Origin: Takakia lepidozioides
Lineage: Eukaryota; Plantae; Bryophyta
DNA length: 64,000 nt
Direction of reading: 5' to 3'
Assembly (NCBI GenBank): GCA_030704615.1
Contig: CM060731.1
Span: 19,282,001 to 19,346,000 of the forward strand
Every line of letters begins with the position of its first letter. Positions within the stretch are counted from its first letter, which is position 1. This document shows, one piece after another, positions 1 to 13,833 of the stretch. The translations under genes were made by a program, and so were the position numbers. The notes under the pieces are model-generated. The model saw nothing but the letters and a program-made list of their open reading frames with translations, was not told where the DNA came from and did not search any database.

Positions 1-207
1 GGCTGGCGCGGGATCTTCGCTCACTTCGATGAGTTTCGAGACTGACCAATCAGAGGAACGGTCCCGTGTGACAGCCTTGCTTTTGCGGAGATTAGAGCTG
101 AAGAAGGAGCCATGGTAAATGGAGAGAAGGGATAGCATAAGCACCATGGCGCAGACAGCGATAAACACTCGTCTCTTCTGTGGTGCTCCATCATTTTTAC
201 CTCTCAT
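1..207 (-). CDS. 5' end of probable SAM-dependent methyltransferase (PMT/DUF248, Golgi type II membrane), truncated by window start
   Basis: Manual translation from ATG at 207: MRGKNDGAPQKRRVFIAVCAMVLMLSLLSIYHGSFFSS..., open to position 1. The MRG..DG..K.R + single TM + YHGS pattern resembles PMT1/3/8 N-termini. The catalytic domain is not visible. Confidence 0.55.
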   Translation of the reverse strand, partial: MRGKNDGAPQKRRVFIAVCAMVLMLSLLSIYHGSFFSSNLRKSKAVTRDRSSDWSVSKLIEVSEDPAPA

Positions 208-1598
208 TCTCTGCGTATTGGATCTCCCAAACATTCCGCCTGACTGCCTTCGCCCCCTCTTCTTCCCGATTTTCTCGCAGGGTATTGATCGCAATCTCTA
301 CAGAAACAGCGTATCTAACTCTGATCTGAGCTTCGACCTGTGTTTTCCTCTCCGCAGCTTACCGGACTTTATTCGACTGTCCTAAGACGACCTAACTGCC
401 AATGTGGCCCGTTCCGCAAGAATTTCTCACCACCTGAATCTTCCCTCTCAATTGACTAGCACAATAATGCCTCGAGTTCCATCCTAGCCATCCTATATTG
501 GCTTGTTCCCTGAGAAATATTACAGACCTGGATGCTGAAACTCTTCCTTAATAAAAGCCCCCGAGTGTTCTCAAAGCACTGTAAGGCGAAGTCATCAAGG
601 CGTCAAGATATTCACGATCAACCTTACTGCTCTCCAGCGCAGACAGTGCCGCTCCTCAAATGCACCTTCTGGTGGTCTGGGCGAAACACGTAGCTACAAC
701 CAAACCATCATTCACAGAATTGCCTCAACATCGAGCACCAAAGAGTGCACCGATGGAGCCCCCCTCCCCTCCTTGAGCGCTTCTCACAGCTGCCAATGAA
801 ACTCCTCCCAGAATGCACCTGCTCGGCACCTTGCACACACCATCTGACACTCATCTCCTCACATTCCTTCTCCTCTGATCCAAGAACACCACAGACACAC
901 TCAGGATTCTGCAAAGGCAGGAATGATGAGAAGTGCAGACGACGGGGACGGGAACGGACACCGGAACGGCAATAAGAACCAGTCAACCCGCGCCAACCCC
1001 GACAGTTTGAATCCCAAAGTTTCGCCACCGATCGCCACCAACAGTGACGGATGACACACATCCTCATCTGCGCTAAAGATGGATGTGATAATGGATGCAG
1101 GCGTAGTGGATGGATGAGTGACTGTACATCCTTTGTACGGTTTCTTGGGGGCGCTATCTGAGCCGCTGGTTACGTTCGGCGCAAGTTACGGACATAATCA
1201 TTATTCATCGATTAGGATGGATGATAAGAGAATAGTACGGTCTTGCACCCTTCTTTTTTCTTTTTCATTTTCATTTTCTTATCCTAGTTGACGAAAATTG
1301 CGGACATTTCTGAGCGGGCCACATTTTTCACGGGGGCAGCCTGCAAGTTGGCTGGTAAAAGAGAGAGCGCATGATAGGCGCCTAGAGAAGAAGAGGCCAC
1401 AATCCCAAGAGTCCATAGCTATGGAAGAACACAATGCACAGGTTGTGTTTGGACGATGGGATTTGGAAGGATCTACTTATAGACTCGCAAGATAGAATGT
1501 TGCCTTGTCTTCCCTTTGTGAAACAGATTCAGATCATGCACACACTTAGCAAGCATCACCGTTCGAACTCTTATGAGGTCCGAGTTATTTCGTAAGCT

Positions 1599-1722
1599 CT
1601 TATAGTCGTTGTAGTCATATGGACTACTTACTCGACAAGATGGAACATGGTTGAGATAGCTTACAGTCGTTGTAGTCATATGGACTTTTACTTACTCGAC
1701 AAGATGGAACATGGTTGAGATA
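1599..1722. repeat. Two-copy ~62-bp tandem duplication
   Basis: agtcgttgtagtcatatggact...cttactcgacaagatggaacatggttgagata occurs twice, adjacent. Confidence 0.9.
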
Positions 1723-2365
1723 TAATTTCAGTTCCAACCAATGGCAAAATATGCCCGCTTGGTCGCATATCGTCGAAGTGGATCATGATCATGTGCGGCA
1801 GCATATAAATGGGCTCTCATGTATGATTGAAAATTAAGGAGAGGATCAATTTGCTTAGGTTATGGGCAGTGTCCCCTTTCTCAGCCTCCATGGTTTGTCA
1901 TGTGAGGTTATTTTTTCCTCATTGTCCAAATATCTGGCCTATCTCAGGCCTACTTCTAAAAAACAAATCAAAAAAAATGATTGAGGCCCTGTTACTCAAA
2001 TTAAAGAAGCGAGAAAGAAATAACCTCAACAGGGCCATAAGGCAAAACAATTGTGGGGATCCTCCCAGAGCAGCCACAATGGGCAGCTAGAAACACAAAT
2101 GGTTCGCCGAGTGAACAGCCTAGCAAAGAACCAGAGTCTAGAAAGTCCAAGGCTTAAACATGCAAGAGCATCTACACCCAACAGACCTAGCACTGATAAA
2201 CCCAATCAAGCACTATTTCTTCCTATGCAAAATTATAATGAAGGGGTGTCATGGGCTCCATCCATGATTTTTGTCATTGCAAGTGCAGTGAGCTGTACAT
2301 GAAGACTTAGCAGGAATCATGGGAGGCTTCAATGTTTACTGACTGGGTGATCAAGTAGTAGTAGT

Positions 2366-3240
2366 TGTCCACCACCCCCTTTACAGAAGAATAGAAAAAT
2401 ATATTTTAGAATCTAATCATTCTTATATAGATTCAGACTTGTGTAACCATACAATCGAAAGAGAGAGAGTTGAGACAGAATAGAAGCGTTGAAGTCCCTG
2501 AATGAACATTATATATCTACAATAGTGTCTCTTGATAATGAGATATGAAATGGGTTTTAACTACTAGACTTACTATCATAGTGGATGTTACTATCTCACT
2601 AACACCCCCACTTAAGTCTAATGTCTATTAAAGATAAAGTCTACATCAACACTTCATTGCTACTTTAATACTCATGTAATCATCATTTGAGTTGAACTTT
2701 TGAACTTTGGTACACTCCTATGAGTTCTTTTTGAATTGACTATGGAATTAATTCCAATAATTACACACTTGGATAAAACTGGCTCGTTAGTAGAACCAAA
2801 ACTTGGTGAATAATAGGTCTATGATGTCTTATACAAAGACCTGAAATGAAATTTGACTCATATGGAAATACAACTTTCAAAATATCTTATACTCATTTGG
2901 GACTTGTACTAAGAAACTTTTGGCACACTCCTCTGAGTTGTTTTTCATTTCCTCATGATCACAGCTGCCTCGATATAACTTCCACTTCTTCTCCTTGTAG
3001 CACTGATTGCTTTCCGGGAATTGACTATGGAATTAACTCCAAGAATTACACACTTGGATAAAACTGGCTCGTTAGTAGAACCAAAACTTGATGTAATAAT
3101 TGATCTATGATTTGACATACCACCTGCTTGAGAGGGTTTCTGTGCACCATAAGATAATGTCAAATATGGTTTTCAAGTGTGGAAGTGGCTCCATGTCAAG
3201 ATCAGCTTCATCCCACTTCAACTACACATCATTGCTTGAT
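2366..3240 (-). mobile_element. Putative LTR retrotransposon 3' remnant (PPT plus LTR ~2366-2604)
   Basis: Minus-strand purine tract taagtggggg directly followed by TGTTAG...; candidate CA end at 2366; internal ~90-bp direct repeat at 2737-2830 / 3022-3112. Confidence 0.4.
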
Positions 3241-3389
3241 AATACGTGAGCCTCATATGACTGTAGATTTTTTCTCTTCATGCTTTTCTTCACATGGTCT
3301 TTGACATGGTCTGAGTAGATGATAATGATGTTTGTTGCACACATGATAAGCTGCAAATTTGAGAATAGCATGGACATTATGACTTTGAA

Positions 3390-4760
3390 AAGAATGACTG
3401 AAAATTGCATCATCTAGATATAAAAACCGCTTTATTAAATGGGGACTTGAAAGAAGAAGTAAGTTGGCCGCTGAACAAGAGCACAAGGTTTGTAAGCTTA
3501 AGAAGGCACTTTACGGACTCAAACAAGTCCCTCGGGCTTGGTATAAAAAGATAGACGATTACCTCAAGAAACAAGGCCTGTATAGGAGCGACACAGACTA
3601 CAACATCTATTATTCATAGAAGACAGAAAATTGGTTATCTTAGTCATGTGCGTTGATGATATGTTGATAACAGGGAACAATACGCAGAAAATAGACTGGT
3701 TGATTTCGCAGCTTCTAAGTCAATTTGAGATGACCAACCTTGGAACCATACTACCTGCGAATTGAGTTTTGTATCTTGATATATGAATCTTTATGACTCG
3801 ACGTGGGTATATCATCAAATTGCTACTAGAGTTTGGCATGCAGGATTGCAATCCCTGCTAAGTACCAATGCACGTAGACACCAAACTTATGGCAGATAGG
3901 GGTGCAGAGAAGGATGATGGAACCACTTACATACACATTGTGGGCAAGCTTATACATTTAACTCATACAAGGCCAGATATTTCTTTCTCTGTGAGTGTAG
4001 TCAGCCAGTACATGTCCGACCCACAAGTCCCGCACATGAATGCAGCAAAACAAATTCTTCGATATTTGAAGGGGACCGCAGACTACGACATTATATTTGA
4101 GAAGGGAGGTTCCACCATGGTTCAGGGGTTTAGCGATGCAAATTGGGCTGGGGATGCTGAAAATCGAAGGTCCATTACATGGTGTTCAAAGCGGCAACCT
4201 ACTGTTGCTTTGTCGTCAACTGAGGCTGAATACAGAGCTCTTACCGAGGGAGCGAAGGAGACAGTATGGTTGAACACGTTGGCAAAGGAGTTGGGCTTTA
4301 AGAGCGATGAACTGACACAGATTTATTGTGACAATACGAGCTCTCTCAAGATGGCGCAAAATCCGGTTTTGCACGCTAGACGAAACATATCGAAGTGCAC
4401 TACCACTTAATCAGAGAGCAGGTTCAACATCGACATCTCGACGTTGTTCATGTCGGCGCTTCTAGAGATCAAATAGCCAACATCCTAACCAAACCACTGG
4501 GAAGGGTGAAAATTCAAGAACTGCGAGACAAGCTTGGAGTTCTGTCTCTTTCGAGCATTCATACATGTAGGACAATAGAAGATTGAACCAAGAAATTCAT
4601 AGCGTGCTAATCTAACGCTGATCTCTCACTATCGCCATTGTTGTAGAATAGTTCACTTTTTCTTCTGTAACATAAGCATCTTTTAGAGAGCACTTCGGGT
4701 GTGAGGGGAGGTGTTGGTGTAGTTACTATTATCACACCCTCGGTAATTGGGTAGCTATAG
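3390..4760 (+). mobile_element. Degenerate Ty1/copia RT-RNaseH with PPT and start of 3' LTR
   Basis: Frames give HLDIKTALLNGDLKEEV, KLKKALYGLKQVPRAWY, TRPDISFSV, SDANWAG, KRQPTVALSSTEAEY, YCDN, QIANILTKPL with stops and frameshifts; PPT gtgaggggagg at 4701-4711 followed by TGTTGG. Confidence 0.9.
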
Positions 4761-7504
4761 GTCTCTTTAATTTTAGATAAGCACACAAATTATGTCATTG
4801 ACCATAACATGTTTCCTAGTATCTTAGTGTTTATCTCTTATCCATCCAGGGACCAAATAGATTAGACGGCCATTCCCTTAAGATATGTGGCCGGCTATGT
4901 TTGTATTCACTTGAGTCAATCTATTCTACATCCTCGAGGCTATTCTTAGGTGAGGGGGGAGGGGATGGGAATGATCTTTGACAAGATTCCAATAATCCTA
5001 GGCTTTGATTGTCTTCCTGCCATAGGGCAACGACAAGGTTATGTGGAGTCCTGATGGCCTATAAACATATTTTCAAAGTGCCACACCCTCTCTCTTTCCT
5101 CACAAGGAACAGAGACTAGTGATGGGTTTCCCTTGAGAAATATTTTTCAGATTTTTATCTGAGTCTCTGTGTGGATTGTTACATGAGTACATATGCATAC
5201 CATTTTGTTTCACTTATAATCATGAATGCACACTTGAATGTTGATAATCATGATGCTTGTTCTTTGGTGATTTTTTATTGCAATAATCCACATTTTGTTG
5301 TTGGTTGTCTATTAAGTGGAGTGCCTTGTTGCTAATGTGGTCCAACTTTCTTTCTCTTCTCATTTCCTTCAAGGTCCATCTAACATTATATTCAACAGCA
5401 AGTTGCTGTGCACTATGCTCAGCCTAGCAGTATGCACTACAGTTTCAAAACTCATGGGAAATAAAACTAAACCTCAATCTGGCTTCCATAGTTTTGGCAA
5501 AATTGGAAGCAAAGTAAACGCACAGCTCAATCTGTGCCCAATTTGGCTTCCACCGTTTTGGCAAAATTGGAAGCAATTGAATCTGAAGCAGCATAGTCCT
5601 TGGTGATGGGTTGTTAGCCAGAGGAGGGTGCAATGACTTGCCCAAAAAAGATATCCCGCAATACCTATTATGACTTCTTTGCTCCCCCCAAACTTCGGAC
5701 ATGTCAGTGACAATTCCACGGAGCTCCTTCCACTAAGGTCGCCCAAACATGCTTGGTTTCTCTTGGTCGCATCACCTGCCGCGATCACCTGAACGTCTTG
5801 GTCGTTCCCTCCTTCAATGTTCCCAGTCCCCAGTCAAATCCATGGATGAAGAAGGGATGAAACATATGGGACTTCATCTTGCAATATCCCGTTACTGTAC
5901 CTGCTGGCCTGTGCGGCCCTTGCGGGTGCTCCACCTCCTACACGTGGCCCTTGCCTCTAGCCTCCCCACACATTACTAGATTCTCCCCATAGTAACTCTA
6001 TTTACGAGCCTGTGCGGCTAGGCCCTAAATAAGGTCATCCATCCCTCATTCAAGCTCTAACGTAGTCCCGTTCTCTCATTATGGCTTGCCCCTAGTAGGT
6101 CAAAAATAATGATCTCACTTACTCAATAGGTCTGTAGGTCGCTCACTCCACGCCTCAGAATTTTGTGTGGCCTCGTCGTAATGAGGCCGCAGGGTGCAGA
6201 GGGGACAGGGACCTGACAGCGGGCCCGCTACATTAAAAGGAAGTGTTGGCATGGCGGAGGTTGTGGTCCGGTGGTAGGTCGATAGAGATGTGGCGGTACA
6301 GGTCTCGGGTTCCAATCCTTGAACGTAGTTCCGGTGGTTGGCGCTTATTGTAACTACCTCCACGGAGGTGGTATGCAACTACTCTCATGCAGGTAGTTCA
6401 GCTTGGTTTTGCAACTACCTTCATGTAGAAAATCCTAAAACCACCTGCATGGAGGTAGTTGTAAAATTCATATGCCAAAAAAATTCGAAGTCCTTGATGC
6501 ATGAAGGTAGTTTGCTCTGACCAGCCTCATAACCACGAGGCCACACAAAATTCTGAGCCCTCACTCCACATGCAAGCTTTATTAGAGTGCACACCACATC
6601 CTTGGGATCTTCTTCCACGAGGTAGGTTTGCCAGTGAACCGAGCAAAACGGGTTTAGATTGGGGTTAGATATCGGAAGTAGGGGGGCAAGAGTCAATGGA
6701 TAGAACCATTGGTCAACCCCATCGTGTATGATGTCAGTGAATGGGAAAGGATTCACGTGAAGGCTCTAGGGAGACCTGTAGGGATGGCTGTGCAGGCTTA
6801 TGCCAGAGATTCTGTGGCTCCTATTCAATATTGACTCCCGTTATATTTTATTTTTTTCATGTTCCATAAACATAGGCGGGAGAGTCTGCCACTGCCAAGT
6901 GTCAGTGTGAAAGTTGTTCTAAATTGTATTACTGTGTTATCTATATGACAGTTGGCAAACACCCATCTGGTACACTTGTAAGGCTGTACTTACCAACCTC
7001 CAGACGCCACGTGTGGTAAGTGTAAAGTTGTCCGAAAGCTTTTGTTTTCGGGCACAAACACACACTCCTTGCCCATGCTATGTCTGCATCCTGTTTCCTG
7101 CTTTGTCTTTCGCTTCTCCCACAGCTCTGTGAGCGTTCCTCTAGTGTCCTTTCATAATTTTTTTGACAAACAATCTCTTCTTTATGCACCTGTCCTCACT
7201 TTGGGGAAGTTATCTTTCGACAACAGATGCCTGTACATCGCTCAAGGATGCAAGGCTCCAGTTGGGCCTTGGTTCCCCGAGCCTGTAGCAGTTTAACATT
7301 CACACAGGTGGCTCAGAGAGAGTAAGTCATGTTTCTCTCTGAGAGCACTAAGTGAATCTGGTGACAAACCGATTACGGGAAAACCGTGTTTCTATGAATA
7401 CTTTTACTGTGAAGCACAGCTTTTTCAACTTGTACTGTTGCCTTGGAAGATCATGTTTGCTTGAAATTCAGGGAAGATCTGAAGCAGGATCTCTGTGAGC
7501 TCGA

Positions 7505-10349
7505 ATGCCAACCAGCCGGATGGATGGCAATGCACAGTATGGCACAAGTACACCTTTGCTGCCAAATGAGACACATTCCAACATAGACTCTCCCAAAGGC
7601 AACGATGATGGCAATACCTCGCACCGAGTCCATTGGGCAGATAGTGACATCGACCTTGAGAGAACTCCAGGGAGTGAAGGAGAACGGAGTTCTCTGGGCA
7701 GAACCGTCTCAAATCCAGACGACGAGCTCCGACATATCCGCTCAGGATTATCCTGGCTAGGTCTTGACCAATCTACACCCCTTACAGTGCTCATGTCATG
7801 GATTCTCTTTTCCTTGTTCACGTTCATTGTTCCTATTTTCAACTTGACCTTTGTCTTCTGCTCAAACTGTACTGAAGAGCACCAGCTTCCCTTTGATCGG
7901 CTGGTGCAATACTCCGAATCTGCTCTCGCTGCTGTCTCCTTTTTATGCTTGTCCCACACTGTCCGCAAATATGGGCTTCGCGAAACTCTTCTTCTGGATA
8001 TAATCATCAAGGAGTCGAGGGAAGTACAGCAAGGATATGAAAAGGAGCTAGACGTGAGTATCACCCCTCCCTATCCCTCCCTCTCGATCCCCCTCCCTTT
8101 CCTTCTTTCTTTAGACTATCTTTCTTTAGACTATCTATGGTTGACAGGTTCCCAAGATGGCAGCCATTCGGTTCCTGTAAGAATCCCCAAAATTCATCTT
8201 TTGACATTCAATTCTTGGAAGGAAGATTGGAAAGAAAGGGTTTCCTATTAATCGTGTGTCAAGCTGTATCTAACTGTGTAAGGTTGTGACTGACTGTGTA
8301 AGCCTGTCTACCACCCCTAAGGCCTGTGTTGGTCTAAGTCTACCATTCGTAAGTGGATTCACTTCTCCCGACATAGAAGACTTAAATGCCTACAGTAATG
8401 TCTTGCCACTATGGCGCCACGATTTTTATCCTGACCCTTGTGATTTACGAGCAGCTTGTGGTGCATGCATAAGTGTAGCAAGCTGTTCAATAGTTCAATC
8501 CACTCAAAGTCAACTCGGTGTCTGACGAACCCAATGTTTGCAGCGTGCCTTCTCGTTACTGGCAAAAATCCTACTTCCCGGTTTCCTCGTAGAGCTGCTA
8601 CACAGACTGATGTGGTACTTCTATGTCTCCATTTCGATTCGCTTCGTTGGACATGTCAACCGAAAGCTCAATGTGGCTTTCGGCACGGCTTCCATGTTGG
8701 CATGGCTCTACCGAACATCTGTCTTTCTGTTCATGTGTGTTCTCTTCAGGCTCATGTGTAAGCTTCAATTACTTCGGCTTCAAGGGTACAAAAAGTTTCT
8801 CCAGCAAAACCCCGAAGTTCCCATTATACTTCATGAGCACATGCGAATAAGCAGTCATCTTCTCACTATTAGTCACCGGTATCGAACGTTCATTTTGATG
8901 TCGCTGTTCATCATAGCGATCAGCCAGTTGACTTCATTGTTCTATCTTCTTTCGCCAGCTATCACTGCAACCAACTTCTTCAGGGCAGGGGATTTGCTGG
9001 TGAGTTAACTCCTTCACTCACTCTCGGAAGTTATGAAGTACCATTTCATTGATTTCTCTCGGTTCTCCCCCTTCTCTTTCTGAGCGCTTGGAGCTTTTCA
9101 TGGACGTTAGATAGAAGTTTCTTTCAAGATTTGTGTCTCTTTGTGTATCTCGCTTGGCTGCTTTTGTCTTGTTTTTCCAAAGAGGTTCCAAAGTAACTTC
9201 TGGAACAAATATTGCCTCTTTCACATTGTGCTGAATGGAGAACACTTGAGCTGGATATCTCTCTGTTTGTGACATGTGCCCGACATGTGTTTGATCTTAC
9301 ATATGATGGCTTCCTGAGCTACCACCTGGTTGCTTAGTGGAGTTGGCAGTTGGTTTCTATGCCAGGTCTGCTCTGGAGTGCAGCTCACAGGTCTAGTACT
9401 CTGTCTACACGGAGCAGCCAAAATAACTCACAAAGCCCAACAGATTGTGGCCATTGTGAGCAAGTGGCATGCCATATCAACCTGCACTCTGGCAGATGCA
9501 GTGGCAGGATCCATGGGAAATCCTCCGAACGATGAGTCCTCAGATGCATCTGTTGGCCAAATTCATGAGCCTGCTCACCCTCTTGTGTACAACAGTGACC
9601 TAGAGTCAGCTTTCACTGAGTGCTCCCCTGAGGTGGAGCAATGGAGACATGACTCGGAGGAATATCAAAAACGACAGTCCTTGGGTGAGGCACAATTCCT
9701 CTTCGGCAGTCAGTACTGGTTCTTGTTTCAGTCCTTAGCACTGCCCCCTGATCGAAGTAGGTATTTTTCAATGGAGCCTACAAAGTTTGGGCCAAAAGAG
9801 GACTACATCAAAGCCGCCAGGGTGGTACCTAGAGGTTTAACCTTGAGGGATCCAGTCTGAGTGTCTGGACATACTGTCTTGAGATGTGCCATGTAGACGG
9901 GGTTTGTGGATTATCTTTCGAACCAGTTGAATTTCGGGCCAGAAAGTTACATGTTCTGACTACACGAGGGCTCAGGGGTCCTGAGGGGAGCATCTCCATG
10001 TCCAATATAGTTCAGAATATTGAATGTCGATTTTATGTGCGGGGAGAAAGAGAGTTCTGTCTCTCATTTGATCATGTGCCATAACATACAGTCCTATCTA
10101 GTACGTACATGCAGACAGTCATAAACTGATTTACTGTAGAAACTGGGCACTGACGTGTGTTCTCTACATATCAAGCAAGTAGTGACAAAAGAATGGGTTG
10201 TGATGGCTGATGCAGTTTCGTATCTAGAGCATACAAGTGCAGGCATTAAACTCTACGGATTTGTGCTGGATCGGAGCCTCCTCTACGGCATGTTTGGGGT
10301 TACATTCTCCGTCACTCTCTTCATCATCGGTAAGACAGTTGCTATTTGA
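7505..10349 (+). CDS. DUF3537 family multi-pass membrane protein; exons 7505(or 7520)-8053, 8544-8999, 9366-9684, 10216-10349
   Basis: ORFs join in frame at GT-AG sites; motifs L.WLGLDQS, RKYGLR..LLLD, EH.RI...L..ISHRYR, AAKITHKAQ..V.IVSKWH, YQKRQSLV.YLE...AGI.LYGF.LDR. Confidence 0.9.
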
Positions 10350-11042
10350 CGTTGTCGATCTGTGCGCCCACTTTTAAGAGCTGCAGGACACCGGTTGTGC
10401 TGTGAATCATGCCATGTGGAATTAGGATCTCTGGGTAGGCGCAGAACTAGTTATATAATTAAATCACATAACCTGAAGACTTTGAAGCAGATAGCATCAC
10501 CAAGCTCTAGATGAGCAGTAAATGGTACACATGTAGTTCGAAAATCCTCAGGTATTGATTCGCTTGTGTACTTAACAAAACTGACATCCTTGCACGAACT
10601 GTTTGAAAGAGATCAGATACGTACTGATCACTTTTCCATGGATTACTGAATGTCTAGCTCACCTGTCACTGACTACCAATCGTCCTCACTGTGAGAACTC
10701 AGCTCGTGAGCCTAAATCAGCTCTTTTATAACGAGTTAATTACCTATGTCCTGAAGTTTGTTTTCATTCAGTGGCTGCAGCTTCAATTGTAGGTTTGTGT
10801 AAGGCTTTGTACATGTGTGATACCTGCTATAGACCAGAGATTTTGGCACCAATGGTTGTCCCTGTCGATGTTCGCGAGGATATAAACCAAGCAACCTAAA
10901 AGAGCATCAAAATGGACATAATGCAGGCCGTGGGACAGGACATAGATCAGAGGATCTCGATCCCACTTTTTGGTGCTTGCTAATTGGCATATATTTCATC
11001 GAGGTTTAGATCAACAAAGTTTGCACACTCCCACTTTAATGC

Positions 11043-11148
11043 GAGGCCTACCGATCCAGGACTACTGTTCCAAAGAGTTCCTAAATATTTTAAACGAGGC
11101 CTACCGATCAGGACTACCGTTCCAAAGAGTTCTTAAACATTTTAAAAA
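11043..11148. repeat. Two-copy ~53-bp tandem duplication
   Basis: gaggcctaccgatc(c)aggactac.gttccaaagagttc.taaa.attttaaa occurs twice. Confidence 0.85.
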
Positions 11149-11591
11149 GGGTTTGCACTACAATGTCCTGATATCCTGACTGGTAATCACGTGAGCGTAA
11201 GAGAATCCTCCTGAGCTCTCCGGAGCGAATCGTTACACAATCTGCTGGGGATTCGACCTCTCTACTTTCTGAGCAATCTCAGACTGCTCACATGTGATCT
11301 AGAATACGTGAATTGAATACATTCACGAGGATTGAAGGATCGCCTGCCCTGCCCTACGATTCCCACATATTCGTCAGGAGAAACGTTGACGATGCGACAC
11401 ACTTGTAAAACCAGCTCCGTAGCCGAGTGTATATACGTACATTATACGCATGTATGTATGGGAAACACCGTACGTGGCTGGGCCAAAGTACTAGATACGG
11501 CTAATTTTAACTAATTGAATAAAAAGAAAACAAATACCCAACGGGTATATCCGAATATAAATTTGCCTGGATCCTCATGAAGGGTATATAC

Positions 11592-12360
11592 CAGTGTTGG
11601 GCGGTTATTTGATTTTTTTGATATCAGGCGGTTACCCATGTCTCACTATAACTTTGTATACACATCCTCCTGTTCCAGAGTTTTGGAGCTATCTCATTTT
11701 TTATATCCTGCCGGTTAACAATAAATATAAAATTTAAGCCTATGCGGTTATGGACAAATGGACTTTCTCTCTAGATGGTATCCAGCGGTTCAGTATCCAG
11801 TTATCAAACAAGTCATGGTTTATTTTATGCTGTAAAATAAACCAAAAATAAAAATCTAATGTAAAAATACTAATGAAAAATAATAAAGTTACTTGTATCA
11901 CAGAGTTTCATTAGAAGCTGAACCATAATCTGACCTAAATTATATCACAGTTGAACATATTTGAGGAGTTCATAAACGTTATTCCATGCAAGATCCACAA
12001 TTGCCATCTCTCATAAATCCTACGCTTCCTTCCTAATGAGTGGAAATGAAATGAAGAGGTCAGCATGCCACATCATTTATGTAACCATATAACTTGTTAG
12101 TAACCTCCGGTTAAAAGGGCAAATATAAAGGTTCATAACCTCCCTCTTGTGGGCCACTAGTTCCGGATCAAAACAAATATAAAAGAAAAACAAAACCACG
12201 GGTTCTCAACCGGATCCGGTTATCCGAGCTATTCATTCCGAAGGTTCCTAACGGAGGCGGATATTTAAATTTTTGACCTCCGGCAGATCCACATATATAT
12301 ATATCCGGGTTGGGATCCGCCAGGGGGTTTGAGGTAGAATCAAATATCCGCCCAACACTG
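11592..12360. mobile_element. Non-autonomous hAT element (MITE), 769 bp
   Basis: TIRs CAGTGTTGGGCGG.TATTTGATT / AATCAAATATCCGCCCAACACTG; exact 8-bp TSD GTATATAC at 11584-11591 and 12361-12368. Confidence 0.92.
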
Positions 12361-12520
12361 GTATATACTATATTGTCGTCTATGTCCGGGACTCGATGAC
12401 TGACTAGCATTTACCCTACCCTGAGTAAGATGGGTAATCAATTTAAATAGAATATGTCGGCCTTCAAGATTTGATTTTCCCTCTCTAGCTGCCAATCGAA
12501 TCCATCTCCCTTAACCTGCC

Positions 12521-13140
12521 TAAACTTGTATTTTCGGCGCGGACCTGATAAATAGCCTTACCTTCAGGTTCTAATTTGGTAATTCCCAGTTTCACCGTGA
12601 CCCTGTACAGTGTGTTGCCTGGACCTGATCCTTATCTCTACTAGCATACTTGATAATAATACCACGACCGGCCGGTCGAATTCTTCCAAATTTATTTAAA
12701 CCTTGCCGATGGAGTAAACTTGTAATTTGGGCGCGGACCTGATAAATAACCTTACCCTCAGGTTCTAACTTGATAATACCCAGTTTCACCCTGACCCTGT
12801 ATAGTGTGTTCATCAAATATGTTTGAATTGCCTGGACCTGATCCTTATCTCTACTAACATACTTGATAATAATACCATGACCGGCCGGTCGAATTCTTCC
12901 AAATTTATTTAAACCTTGCCGATGGAGTAAACTTGTATTTTCGGCGCAGACCTGATAAATAACCTTACCCTCAGGTTCTAACTTGGTAATACCCAGTTTC
13001 ACCCTGACCCTGCACAGTGTGTTCGTCAAATATGTTTGAATTGCCTGGACCTGATCCTTATCTCTACTAACATATTTGATAATAATACCATGACCGGCCG
13101 GTTGAATTCTTCTAAATTTATTTAAACCTTGCCAATGGAG
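12521..13140. repeat. Three-copy ~194-213-bp tandem repeat
   Basis: Units start taaacttgta(t/a)ttt and end ccttgcc(g/a)atggag at about 12521, 12715 and 12928. Confidence 0.92.
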
Positions 13141-13179
13141 TAAATAAATATCAAATGCCCAATCAACACTGGTTTAGAC

Positions 13180-13833
13180 CAGTGTTGGACTGCTATACCT
13201 GGTTTAACCTAGGTATGGAATACAGGTATGAATATATATATTGAAGAACATACCAGTCGGGTATGAAAGAACCAGTGTACCCATGTGATACACGTACTGG
13301 GGGAGTATGGCTTTAGGATTCCCCGCACACATACCATACCAGTCTGGGTATATGGAGGAATAGCATGGTCCCGATACCAGTATTGCGGTGAGTTCATGGC
13401 GAATGGAGGTATGAGTATATGTTAGTGCAGCTAGTTATACTCTGTACTACAATTTGGTTAATTCAAGGCTCCATGTTGCAATTTAGACTTCATTTGCTGT
13501 TTCGTGCTACTTTGGGTTACCTTTGCCTAGTGTTTCACGGCTTGGATTAAAATTAGCTATGTGCTAAATGACATTTATTTCTATGTATGGTGAGCTGTAG
13601 AAATACCATACCAGTGCTCATACCACACCCCCCCCCCCGTATCACTACAGAGAAAGGGCAATACCAGTACCATACTCATATACAGCCCAAAGTACAACTA
13701 CGCATACCAGATTCATACCCAAGTTGCTCATACCTGTATAGATACCTATACCAGCCTGGTATGAAAAAGGGGTGGACCCTTCATACCAGGACCAGTCTGG
13801 TATTAAAAAAATGGACGTACCAGTCCAACACTG
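13180..13833. mobile_element. Non-autonomous hAT element (MITE), 654 bp
   Basis: TIRs CAGTGTTGGACTG / CAGTCCAACACTG; exact 8-bp TSD GTTTAGAC at 13172-13179 and 13834-13841; many ggtatg/catacc subterminal motifs. Confidence 0.92.

Noticed and set aside
5316-6756. Overlapping ORFs as a gene or transposase
   Set aside because: No recognisable motif; mostly non-ATG starts; probably decayed repeat DNA.
12592-13029. 145-aa ORF with internal repeat
   Set aside because: Artefact of the 213-bp (multiple of 3) tandem repeat; non-ATG start and no recognisable domain.
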